Assembly: GCA_002269645.1 (NCBI GenBank)
Contig: NIVC01000373.1
Location: 1-64,000, forward strand
Source of the DNA: Macrostomum lignano
Lineage: Eukaryota
Reading direction: 5' to 3'
DNA: 64,000 nucleotides
The position numbers were made by a program, and so were the translations under genes. Positions 12,230 through 23,600 of the stretch are shown piece by piece. Each line of letters opens with the position of its first letter. The first letter of the stretch is position 1. The notes below the pieces were generated by a model. The model had not been told where the DNA came from, made no database searches, and saw only the letters and a list, made by a program, of their open reading frames with translations.

Positions 12230-12450
12230 ACTGTTTATTTTCTATAATAATATATATTGTATTAATATATATTAGACATTAGTTAATACTTATAGGCTTG
12301 CTTAATAAATAAGGTTAAAATATATATATATATTTTACATTCATAAAATTAATATTGAATTATATAATTATATAATATTAAATATATATAATTCAATATT
12401 AATTTTACAAATGACAAGTAAATAAGAATATATTAATTTCTATTGTAGTA

Positions 12451-13754
12451 CGAGGGGCACTAGATAAGTTTTTAGCTGCGGTCAAACCGTTTATTCAAAT
12501 TAGGCCATATTTTCTGAGCATATTGAATAAGAAGTTTTATCATGGTCCCCAAAGTTTCATGCACCTAATTGTCACCATTCTCTCACTGTCGCATTTTATC
12601 TCAACAAGGTCTGTGACTCTTTCAGCACTGTAATGGAGCTCAATCGTGAACACTTTCGTGCCATGATTTTCTACGATTTTAAGAGCGGCTTGACATTTCA
12701 CCAGTGCCACGAGCGGCTGTCTGCTGCCTTTCCTAACCTTGCGCCATCCATCGCCACCGTCACCGCCTGGTTCCGGGAGTTCAAGCGTGGCCGAGACAGC
12801 TTGGAAGACGAAGGTCGAACCGGCCGACCTGTTTCAGTGACGACACCTGAAACTATCGACCGCGTGCGGCACATGATTGAGGCTGATTGGCGAGTGACGT
12901 ATCAAACGATTGAGGCATGTCTTGGAATCTCATCGCCAACAGTCGCTTCTATCCTTCGTGATCACCTCGCTGTCCGCAAGCTGACCAGTCGCTGGGTGCC
13001 GCATTTGCTCACCACCGAGCAGAAGCAGGCCCGCATGAGCTGGTGCCAGGAAATGCTGGACAGGTTTGGCGGAGGGACGTCGAAGTCTGTCACAGACATT
13101 GTCACATGTGACGAAACGTGGGTGTATTGCTACGAACCCGAGCGGAAATGCCAGTCGCGTGTGTGGGCTTTTGAAGATGAAGCCCCGCCAACCAAGGTTG
13201 TCAGGGGTCGGAGCACTGGCAAGCAAATGGTGGCAACTTTCTTCCGAAAGACTGGCCACATTGCGATTGTAGCACTCAAGAGCCAGCGCACAGTGACTGC
13301 AGATTGGTACTGCACCGTCTGCCTGCCGCGTGTCATCAGCAGCCTTAAAGAGGCGCGGCCAAAGTGCGGCATTCGAGGTCTCTGGCTGCACCAGGACAAC
13401 GCCAGTGCGCACACGGCGAATCGAACTCGAGAGTTTCTACAGACGGTGGGCTTCCAGCAGCTCAGTCATCCACCATATTCACCTGACCTGGCACCGTGTG
13501 ACTTTTTTATTTCCATTCATCAAGAATTCCATGCGAGGGTGCCGATTTTCCTCTGCCGAAGAGGCTGTTGATGCCTATAGATCGGCCATTGAGGGGGTAT
13601 CCCACTCAGAGTGGCGCCACTGCTTTGAAACTTGGTTTGAGCGGATGAGGCGGTGCATCCAAGCTGATGGAGAGTACTTTGAAAAGCTCTGAAAGTTTCA
13701 TCTTTATAACTGTTACATGTTGACCACAGCTAGAAACTTATCTAGTGCCCCTCG
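12451..13754 (+). mobile_element. Tc1/mariner (DD34D mariner) transposon, 1304 bp, full-length
   Basis: ~35-bp TIRs CGAGGGGCACTAGATAAGTTTTTAGCTGCGGTCAA / TTGACCACAGCTAGAAACTTATCTAGTGCCCCTCG (2 mismatches); TA TSD at 12449-12450 and 13755-13756. Confidence 0.97.
12633..13692 (+). pseudogene. Mariner transposase with one apparent frameshift in a T-run (~13503-13508)
   Basis: WVPHLL, TCDETW, HQDNA and YSPDLAPCD motifs. The C-terminus (FLFPFIKNSMRG...GEYFEKL) continues in another frame and ends at 13692. Confidence 0.85.
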
Positions 13755-15045
13755 TATAGTTGTATTCATTCATATTAAAACAAGAGTGACACCAGTTGGA
13801 TCAAACAGGAAAAAATAAGGCCCAAAGAGGGATCAACCATGAATAGACACTTGAAAACACAAGATTCAATGGGAAAGTTAAAAATAATCAATGCATGGAA
13901 GCAAAAATCAGCGACTAGGGGGGCAAAGGTCACGAAACAAGGTGGAGGAAGATGACAACACTTGTCCTGGAGGGGGAAAACAATTCTGGGGCTAGAGCAC
14001 AAAATCAGTTACAAACATGAATGAAAATTGAAAAGTTTGAAAAATAATAATAAAATTAACCATACTAGTCAATTATTAATCAGGGGCAGCCTCTTACCAC
14101 AGTAGCTATAATTATGGGTCTATAAAAATGGATAATAAATATATTTGATCATAGTTAAAAATTGGTTAAGTAATTAAGCATAAGTGCCCCTTTGATAACT
14201 ATATATTTCAGCATTATAATCTAAGACAATATTTGTAAATATTTTAAACAGTTAGGATCTCTTAGTAGTCTAGAAATATATTAAACTATAGAATAATTTA
14301 TAAGGAACAAAAAGTAATCTGAGTCTTATATATTATCTAATCTAGGCATATAGCTACCCAAATATATAAATTGCTTATACTAATTTAGGGTATCTATATT
14401 TGTTTTGGTCTTGGCATATAGCAGTAGTAAGTAATAATAGTAGTACTCGTAGTAGATATGAAATCTCTATTAGCACATTTTCTTAATAAACACTTTAGAC
14501 TTTTGTATGTTCACTTATAGGCCAAATGCAGCTATTGCAAATATTTGGCAGTTAAAGAAGTGCTAGGTGCCTTCTATACATAAGAGTTTATCTTCTATTA
14601 TCAAGTATCTAGTCAAGGAATATGAGTACAAAGAATACCATTAGGGTTGTCCTTTAGGGTTACTCTCAAAGTGCTTAATAGGCTTAATAGCTTAATAGCT
14701 TGTCAGATATCACAACTGCAACCTGAGTGTTCTAGTATATTTTATAATGGCAAAGACAGCCATACCTAGGTATTATTAGTATGGATCAATGTGGATATTT
14801 CAATTTTATCTTTATAGATCTACGAGTATATAATAGTAGCAATGCAAATTGTATCTAAATGATACAATCTATCTTCCTATGCTAGAGTTCAAATACCTGA
14901 TTTTTTGTTTAAATTGGACAATTTTGCTGTATATTTGTGCATATTTGAGTTTTAACCAATAGTTGTAGGAGTTGAATGGAGTTACAGTTTGATAGCAGAT
15001 CTATAACCTGTGATAAACCAGTGCTCATTTTTGTTCTGATGCGCC

Positions 15046-16199
15046 ATGTTTCTGCTTTGCGAACTCAAAGACATCGTGGCCCTGGCGCCCGAGAAGTTCG
15101 GCAGCCCCGGCCTCGAGGCTTACGAGCAGGCGCTGAATGAGAAATTGTCGAATTTGGTGCTGCACAAGGTCGGCCTCTGCTGCGCCCTGTGGGACATCCT
15201 GCAGGTGGACGAGGCTCACGTGTTCCCTGGTGACGCCAGGTCTCACAGTCAGGTGATTACCTGTTCGAGCCTTTGCTTGGCCGCTGCCCCAGTCCTTTGG
15301 TTGGCCGCTGTCCCAGTCCTTTGGTTGGCTGCTGTCTCAGTCCTTTGGTTGGCTGCTGTCTCAGTCCTTTGATTGGCTGCTGTCTCAGTCCTTTGGTTGG
15401 CCGCTGTCTCAGTCCTTTGGTTGGCTGCTGTCTCAGTCCTTTGGTTTGTCCCAGTCCTTTGGTTGGCTGCTCTCCCAGTCCTTTGGTTGGCCACTGTCCT
15501 TTGGTTGGCCACTGTCCTTTGGTTGGCCGCTCTCCCAGTCCTTTGGTTGGCCACTGTCCTTTGGTTGGCCACTGTCCCAGTCCTTTGGTTTGTCCCAGTC
15601 CTTTGGTTGGCCGCTGTCTCAGTCCTTTGGTTTGTCCCAGTCCTTTGGTTGGCCACTGTCCCAGTCCTTTGGTTTGTCCCAGTCCTTTGCTTGGCCTCTC
15701 CCGCAGCCGCAGTCCTTCGGTTGGCCGCTCCGTTTGACCCAATGTACTTTTGTTGGCCGCTTCCCAGGTCCGCTTCCGCTACGTGGTGTTTCGGCCCAGC
15801 CTGGAGGAGGTGCTGGTGGGCACCGTCCGCAAATGCGACACAGACGGCGTCCACGTCAGCCTGGGCTTCTTCGATGACATTCTGATCCCACCGGACCAGC
15901 TGCAGCACCCGTCCCGCTTCGAGAATTCCCGCGGCGAGCCGGCCTGGGTCTGGGCCTACGACACCGGGGCTGACACCGGCCCGCACCAGCTCCCCATGGA
16001 GCGCGGCGACCGACTGCGGTTCCGCGTCGTCGAAGAGCTCTGGCGCGACGTGCTGCCCGGCGGCAAGCAGCAGCCACAGCAGCTCGGCCAGCAGCCCGCA
16101 GCCCCGCTGGACGAGGCCGCCCGGCTGCCGCCCTACTCGCTGCTGGGTAGCGTCAACGAACCCGGCCTCGGCCTGCTTGACTGGTGGAGCGACGCATGA
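15046..16199 (+). CDS. POLR3H: RNA polymerase III subunit RPC8/RPC25
   Basis: Exons 15046-15252 and 15768-16199 (phase 0, AG|GTGATT ... TTCCCAG|GTC). Motifs LNEKLSNLVLHKVGLC, VRFRYVVFRP, GVHVSLGFFDDILIP, EPGLGLLDWW. Confidence 0.95.
15277..15730. repeat. 18-24-bp minisatellite (CTGTCCCAGTCCTTTGGTTGGCCG) filling the POLR3H intron
   Basis: Direct inspection. Confidence 0.9.
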
Positions 16200-17620
16200 C
16201 CCCTGTCTGCTGTCCCGCTGTCTGCTGTCCCGCTGTCTGTCGACTCCTGTCTGCTGTCCCGCTGTCTGTTGACCCCTGTCTGCTGTCCCGCTGTCTGTTG
16301 ACTCCTGTCTGCTGTCCCGCTGTCTGGTGACTCCTGTCTGCTGTCCCGCTGTCTGTTGACTCCTGTCTGCTGTCCCGCTGTCTGTTGACCCCTGTCTGCT
16401 GTCCCGCTGTCTGTTGACCCCTGTCTGCTGTCCCGCTGTCTGTTGACTCCTGTCTGCTGTCCCGCTGTCTGTTGACCCCTGTCTGCTGCCCCGCTGTCTG
16501 TTGACCCCTGTCTGCTGTCCCGCTGTCTGTTGACTCCTGTCTGCTGTCCCGCTGTCTGTTGACCCCTGTCTGCTGTCCCGCTGTCTGTTGACTCCTGTCT
16601 GCTGTCCCGCTGTCTGTTGACTCCTGTCTGCTGTCCCGCTGTCTGTTGACCCTGTCTGCTGTCCCGCTGTCTGTTGACCCCTGTCTGCTGTCCCGCTGTC
16701 TGTTGACTCCTGTCTGCTGTCCCGCTGTCTGTTGACCCCTGTCTGCTGCCCCGCTGTCTGTTGACTCCTGTCTGCTGTCCCGCTGTCTGTTGACCCCTGT
16801 CTGCTGTCCCGCTGTCTGTTGACCCCTGTCTGCTGTCCCGCTGTCTGTTGACCCCTGTCTGCTGTCCCGCTGTCTGTTGACTCCTGTCTGCTGTCCCGCT
16901 GTCTGTTGACCCCTGTCTGCTGCCCCGCTGTCTGTTGACCCCTGTCTGCTGTCCCGCTGTCTGTTGACTCCTGTCTGCTGTCCCGCTGTCTGTTGACCCC
17001 TGTCTGCTGTCCCGCTGTCTGTTGACTCCTGTCTGCTGTCCCGCTGTCTGTTGACTCCTGTCTGCTGTCCCGCTGTCTGTTGACCCCTGTCTGCTGTCCC
17101 GCTGTCTGTTGACCCCTGTCTGCTGTCCCGCTGTCTGTTGACCCCTGTCTGCTGTCCCGCTGTCTGTTGACTCCTGTCTGCTGTCCCGCTGTCTGTTGAC
17201 CCCTGTCTGCTGCCCCGCTGTCTGTTGACCCCTGTCTGCTGTCCCGCTGTCTGTTGACTCCTGTCTGCTGTCCCGCTGTCTGTTGACTCCTGTCTGCTGT
17301 CCCGCTGTCTGTTGACCCCTGTCTGCTGCCCCGCTGTCTGTTGACCCCTGTCTGCTGTCCCGCTGTCTGTTGACCCCTGTCTGCTGTCCCGCTGTCTGTT
17401 GACTCCTGTCTGCTGTCCCGCTGTCTGTTGACCCCTGTCTGCTGTCCCGCTGTCTGTTGACTCCTGTCTGCTGTCCCGCTGTCTGTTGACTCCTGTCTTC
17501 TGTCCCGCTGTCTGTTGACCCCTGTCTGCTGCCCCGCTGTCTGCTGTCCCGCTGTCTGCTGCCCCGCTGTCTGCTGTCCCGCTGTCTGTTGACCCCTGTC
17601 TGCTGCCCCACAGTCTGTTG
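16197..17620. repeat. 29-bp minisatellite (CTGTCTGCTGTCCCGCTGTCTGTTGACCC), ~49 copies, starting at the POLR3H stop codon
   Basis: Direct inspection; the 29-aa periodicity of the spurious antisense ORFs equals 3 x 29 nt. Confidence 0.95.
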
Positions 17621-18355
17621 TCTGCTGTTTGCTGAATCAAATACAAGCTGCATTTATATAGATTTCGAACTTCAGTGTTAAAGTGTCATCTTCATTGTTA
17701 TTTGTCTTATTAGTTGAATAGCCTGGGAGCTGGAGTGCTAGCATGGGATTCCGCAGGGCCCGCCCGATCCCCGCACGGTTTCGCAGAACTCCGGCAGGCA
17801 GCCACCAAATCTGCTGCGCCCGAGCTGCCTGCGGGGCCACAGCAGAGCTCACTCAGTCTTGTCCAGCACACGAGGCGCCGACCTGCTCAAAGTGGGCGAC
17901 CTCGTAAGTGAGGCAAGTGACAGCTGAATGTCATAATAGCAAGCTGATAATCTCATTGAGTCTAACAGAACCCCCCATGCTCAAATAAGTTGAACGCAGC
18001 ATTCGCATGAGAATGCCATAGCTGCGGTCAGTGCCTAGCCGGGGGCACAGCACTGCTTAGAGAGCTCTTGTCCAGCACACGAGGCGCTGACCTGTTGCTT
18101 ATAGTGGGCGACCTCGTAAGTGAGACAGGAGACATTTGCTGTGCTTTCAGTTCAGAATTAAGCTTAATTTGCTGAAATATTAAGCTAGTCTACTGACAGT
18201 AAATAAGTACATATTAGTCATTGTGTTCCAAAAGTCTGTTGGAATCAGAGTCTGTGGGTCAGGAGTCTGGTGGAGTCAGAATCCGTGGGTCAGGGCCGGA
18301 GTCTGATGGTCCAAATTGCAGCGCGAGCAGTAGCGCCCGCCCAGGCTCCCTCACG

Positions 18356-19305
18356 ATGACGCGCGCTCGCAAGCGAGTTGATTACGCCAAATTCGACGCC
18401 GGGGACAGCGAGGATGACTTCGAGGACCTGTCGGGTGGCGACGCCGCGGCCAAGAAGACGGCGGCGGCCGCGACTGGCAAGAAGGCCGCCCCCGGCCGAT
18501 CCAAGAAGAAGTCTGACGACAGCAGCGATGAGGACGCCTTCGCTGGCGAAGCCTCGTCATCCGATGAGGAGAGCGGTGCATCCTCGGCGAGGCCTCCGCC
18601 GCCTCTGCATCGGGCAGCGACGGCGGCGCTCCGGCCGCTAAGAAGAAAAAGTCGGAGCCGGCCGGTAAGAAGGCAGGCAAGGCCGCCAAGGCCAAGCCGC
18701 CCGCTACCGCGTCAAAGAAGGCGGCTGCGAAGGCCAACGGTGCTGCTGCAACTTCGCCTCGGACTGGGCAGCGCAAGAAGGCGACCTCTGCCAGAGTGGG
18801 CTCTGCCGCCCCAGCCGAGGCAGCTGCCGAAGACTCCGCCGACACGGTCAGCCCGAAGTTCGGCAAGGCGGCCACTGCTGCCGCCGCGGCTGCCTCGCCA
18901 ACGCCGGCATTGGAATCGACTGCGCCCGCGGCATCGCCAGCTGTTGCTAAGGCATCACCAAGCGTTGCTAAGGCCGCTACGAAAGCGCCACCGCCCATTG
19001 CTAAAGCTTCACCGACCGTTGCTAAGGCCTCTCCAGCCGTTGCCAAGGCGTCTTCGACGGTTGCTAAGGCCGCAACTCCGTCCGTCGGTCGATCAAACAT
19101 CCGCGTTGCCGCCGCCTGGACGCCGCCGGCGCGTGCAGTCGGGGGCGCCAGCAGCCAGCTCGGCGCCGCCAAGACGCCATCGACGCCCGCGCCGGCCGCC
19201 AAGCCGTTGGGAGCCGCGCCGTCGCCCGGCCTCCGCCTGGGCCTGTCGCGCAATCAGCGCCTGACGCCGCTGCACTCCATCGGCCGAATGTCCGGCAGCT
19301 CGTGA
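18356..19305 (+). CDS. RAD51AP1: RAD51-associated protein 1-like (single exon, apparent 1-nt frameshift near 18586)
   Basis: N-terminal RKRVDYAKFDAGDSEDDF and C-terminal GLRLGLSRNQRLTPLH (RAD51-interacting motif) resemble RAD51AP1. The two halves are in different frames; the middle is K/A/P-rich. Confidence 0.75.
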
Positions 19306-20299
19306 ATCAGTTTTGAAACTGTTACTGGGAGTTTTATCCCTATCCGGATCTGTGCATGAACTTCTAACGCGTAGTTCCTATGTGTTCAGTAGTCTCATAT
19401 GCATTTTGTTTCTATATTTCTCTGGAGTCAAATTGCTCAGCTTCAACGCAAGCCGGCATGGCCTGCTCAGGTGCTGCACGCTTTCGAATTGGTTTATTTT
19501 AACCCGCATCCCCAGTGACCCGCGATCTCAACAGACATTTTTTATATGCTTGCTAATAGTGAAGTCTTGCGCTTATTATTAGTCTATTTTTGGAGGCTGT
19601 TTTGTAAGCTCCCCGATGGAGACAGTGTACAGGAATTTTAGTATAATTTGATTGCATTTTGCTATGACCCTACTGCCAGCTCCTACTATTGCATTCAATG
19701 TATTGCTCAGCGAGTCTGCATTGACCCGTGAGGCCTGCGGTTTCCATGCAATAAAAGCAATTTTATTTCAGTTAGTCAGCTTTTTTCTTAGTTTATTTGC
19801 GCATATTGCTACTCAAAGTAGCGCATAGATGTTGGCGAATCTGGGGAGACCGGATGTGAACTAGAGAAAGCTATTCTAATTCGCACTGCACTCACTGCTC
19901 CAGTGTGTGAATACTCAGCCACACTGTTTACCAGCTGGAGATCTGCTCTGTGGGGGGGGTTGCTCTCCCGTGCACAGCCAGGCACTCGGGACAAATATCT
20001 GTCTTTATTTGCTTTTTGGTCTGAAAACTTGATGGCTACAAGCTGGAGGATGCTCTGGGCCGCATCATTCATCACCCGATATGGGGAGCTGCTGGAACTC
20101 CAGTAGCTTTTATCTGCTTGAGTTGCGGCTTCTCGTGACTAATGCGATGCTGGATGCCACCCCACTCGGGGCACCCACTCACTAGTGACCTCTTCAGGCC
20201 TGCTTCATCATAACTGCGGATTGCTCTAGGGCTGAGCTCTTGCGCTCTAAGAATAGTATGCCATAGACACCCATCTCTGGCTTTCCTACCCGCAGCACC

Positions 20300-20590
20300 G
20301 ATCACAGCCAGTTCCCGCTAATCACACATCCAGTTCTCGCTGATCACACGGCCAGTTCCCACTGATCACAGCCAGTTCCCACTGATCACACATCCAGTAA
20401 GCCATACAGCTAGTTTTCATTGGTCACACAGTGAGTTCCCGCTCATCACACAGCCAGTTTCCGCGCTGATCACACTTTCAATCCATAAGCCATACAGCTA
20501 GTTTTCATTGGTCACACAGTCAGTTCCCACCGAATATACAGCCAGTTCTCGCTAGTCACAGCCAGTACTCACCGATCACAAACCAGTTCC
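20300..20590. repeat. Degenerate ~20-bp repeats (GATCACAGCCAGTTCCC) directly upstream of the CIAPIN1 start
   Basis: Direct inspection. Confidence 0.7.
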
Positions 20591-20613
20591 TGCTCGATCT
20601 CCCTCCCGCAGCG

Positions 20614-23600
20614 ATGCCTGCCGCACTGACCGCAGACTCCGTGGCGATGCTGCTGTGGCGGGAAGCCACCCCCCAGTCCCTGTCCGAGCTGATGGCCGCC
20701 CTGACCACCGGGGGCGCTCGGGTGCAGCTGGAGCAGCTGGACCGCTTGCTGGACTCGGTCGGCCAGCACCCGCTGCTCGGCGGCGTCACCGACCTCATCG
20801 GCGCCCACCCGCTGGGCCTCGGCCGCGAACAGCTTGGCCGACTTCTGCCGCTGCTCCGGCCAGGCGGAGCCGTTCGACTGCCGTTGGCCGGCAGCGAGTC
20901 GCTCGAGGCTATCCGGCGGGACCTCACGCTGGCCGGATTCGTGGGGGTCGAGGCTGAGGGAGACGGCATGTTGGTTGCCAGGTAGAGCTGCGCCGGAGTT
21001 GCTGGGTTGGGGTGGGTGAGAGGCAGCTGGAGATGAGGTGAGAGGCAGCTGGAGATGGGGTGAGAGGTAACTGGAGATGCGGTGAGGTAACTGTAGATGG
21101 GTGAAAGGCAGCTGGAGATGGGGTGAGAAGCAGCTGGAGATGGGGTGAGAAGCAGCTGGAGATGGAGTGAGAGGTAGCTGGAGATGGGGTGAGAGGTAGC
21201 TGGATATGGGTTGAGAGGCAGCTGGAGATGGAGTGAGAGGTAGCTGGAGATGGGTTGAGAGGTAGCTGGAGATGGAGTGAGAGGTAGCTGGATATGGGTT
21301 GAGAGGCAGCTGGAGATGGAGTGAGAGGTAGCTGGAGATGGAGTGAGAGGTAGCTGGAGATGGGGTGAGAGGCAGCTGGAGATGGGGTGAGAGGTAGCTG
21401 GAGATGGGTGAGAAGCAGCTGGAGATGGAGTGAGAGGTAGCTGGAAATGGGTTGAGAGGTAGCTGGAGATGGAGTGAGAGGTAGCTGGATATGGGTTGAG
21501 AGGCAGCTGGAGATGGAGTGAGAGGTAGCTGGAGATGGAGTGAGAGGTAGCTGGAGATGGGGTGAGAGGCAGCTGGAGATGGGGTGAGAGGTAGCTGGAG
21601 ATGGAGTGAGAGGCAGCTGGAGATGGAGTGAGAGGTAGCTGGAGATGGGTTGAGAGGTAGCTGGATATGGGTTGAGAGGCAGCTGGATATGGGTTGAGAG
21701 GCAGCTGGAGATGGAGTGAGAGGTAGCTGGAGATGGAGTGAGAGGTAGCTGGAGATGGGTGAGAGGTAGCTGGAGATGGAGTGAGAGGTAGCTGGAGATG
21801 GAGTGAGAGGTAGCTGGAGATGGGGTGAGAGGTAGCTGGATATGGGTTGAGAGGCAGCTGGAGATGGAGTGAGAGGTAGCTGGATCGAGATGGGTGAGAG
21901 GTAGCTGGAGATGGAGTGAGAGGTAGCTGGATATGGGTTGAGAGGCAGCTGGAGATGGAGTGAGAGGTAGCTGGAGATGGGTTGAGAGGCAGCTGGAGAT
22001 GGAGTGAGAGGTAGCTGGAGATGGGGTGAGAGGTAGCTGGAGATGGAGTGAGAGGTAGCTGGATCGAGATGGGGTGAGAGGCAGCTGGAGATGGAGTGAG
22101 AGGTAACTGGAGATGGAGTGAGAGGTAGCTGGAGATGGGTGAGAGGCAGCTGGAGATGGGTAAGAAGTCGCTGGAGATGGAGTGAGAAGCAGCTCAATCG
22201 CTGCTTGAGCAGTATCCTGTGTTTATCAGAGCGTACACACCTTTGCTATTTTCTCTGCTTGACCTGGCGTGTGTGCTGCTGCGAGGGCAATACAAGCTCA
22301 GCATTTTGTGCTCATTTTGCCTATTTTTAAGCACTTAGATCGATTTAATTCAGAAACTTTCCCCAGTGTTTTCAACTTACTGACACTGCAAATAGTAGTC
22401 TTGTTAATCCCAATTGGGAAGTGATTTTAGCTCGGTAACCCAATCCGGATTCCCTCGCAGTTGGCATCCGGTTGGCCCTCCCGGTGCGCACCTGGCCGAG
22501 CTGGCGGGTCAGCGGGATGGGAATTAAGTTCGTGTTTAGTCAGGGCAACACCGGCAGGCGGTTGTGCTCAAACAAGTGAGCAGGCTGGCTATGGGTCACA
22601 GGGTGTGTGGCTAAGCCGGGCTGCTGTGTTGATCAAGGCCCCGAAGTCACCGGGAGAGCTCAAGTAGGCGGGGAGAAGGGGTCCCCCCTAAAAAACGTCT
22701 CTCTGCTTGAAAATGCCTCCAATTTGAGTGATAAGCGGATCGCCGGGCTGTTTGAGCTCGGCGTCTGGCACCTTCTTTGTCCCTGGCCGGCTGTCCGCGG
22801 CCGAGCCTCCCGCCGCGGCAGCTGCCTTTGCCGGAGTTTCGCTGACACCGGCATGCAGAGGAGGCGATCGCGAGGCGGCAGCACATGGATGGAGGGCGCC
22901 CGTGGGTCTGGCAGTCCGGCTGCGGTGCAAAGCGGGATGAGGAACTGATGAGAAGGCTTTTCAGGCCGCTTCGGGGCTTAAGTGGCCGATTGTTGCTGGC
23001 TAAAAGCGAGTTGGTCAGGCCTGCAGCGCTCTGTTTGCAGCGCTCTCGCAGCGCCCGGAGTGGCAACTCCAGCAGCGCCACGCATCCTGCCGCCGGGCCG
23101 GTATTGACTCGCTGATAATGGCAGATCACTGGCGAATTAAAGTCTCTCACGATCCCTCTCAATGCTTCATTGCTGCGCTCTCAGGCTTCCGTGCTCCGCT
23201 CTCTCATCTCTGCTCTTACACTGTTTCCATTGTTCTCTCTTTTTAGACTTACTGCTTCTGCAGCTTCTTTGCTCTCCATCATCTTCCCGCAGTCTCATCC
23301 TCGCTGAGCGTTCCCGCCTCCTCCCTCTTCTCCAGGACTCCGCGCCCAGCCTAAATGGCCGCAGCCGCCGCAACTTGTGGCTGCAGAGGCTGCTGGGCCG
23401 CCGCTTAACCCGCACTCGCGTCAATCGCGCGTGCCTTCCGCTTGCTTCAGCACCAGTGACTCTCACTTTTTATCCCTATCTCTTCCCCTCCTCCAGTTCC
23501 CCAGTCACTTCCGATTTACTCGGTGTCTGTTTCGCAGCCTCCAGCCGGGGGAGCCTGCAACCGGTTGTCAAACAGAATGCTGAGCGGGCGTCACTCAGGC

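Noticed and set aside
16133-17653. Two ~500-aa Q/S/D/R-rich ORFs
   Set aside because: Translations of the 29-bp array antisense to POLR3H.
17840-18125. ~70-bp duplicated segment ending in GTAAGTGAG, considered as a possible SL RNA or snRNA pair
   Set aside because: No recognisable leader sequence or clear Sm site; treated as a local duplication.
20569-22197. 542-aa S/H/L/P-rich ORF (also 30326-31798, 31878-32667, 34971-35696, 52572-53433)
   Set aside because: All are minisatellite read-throughs.
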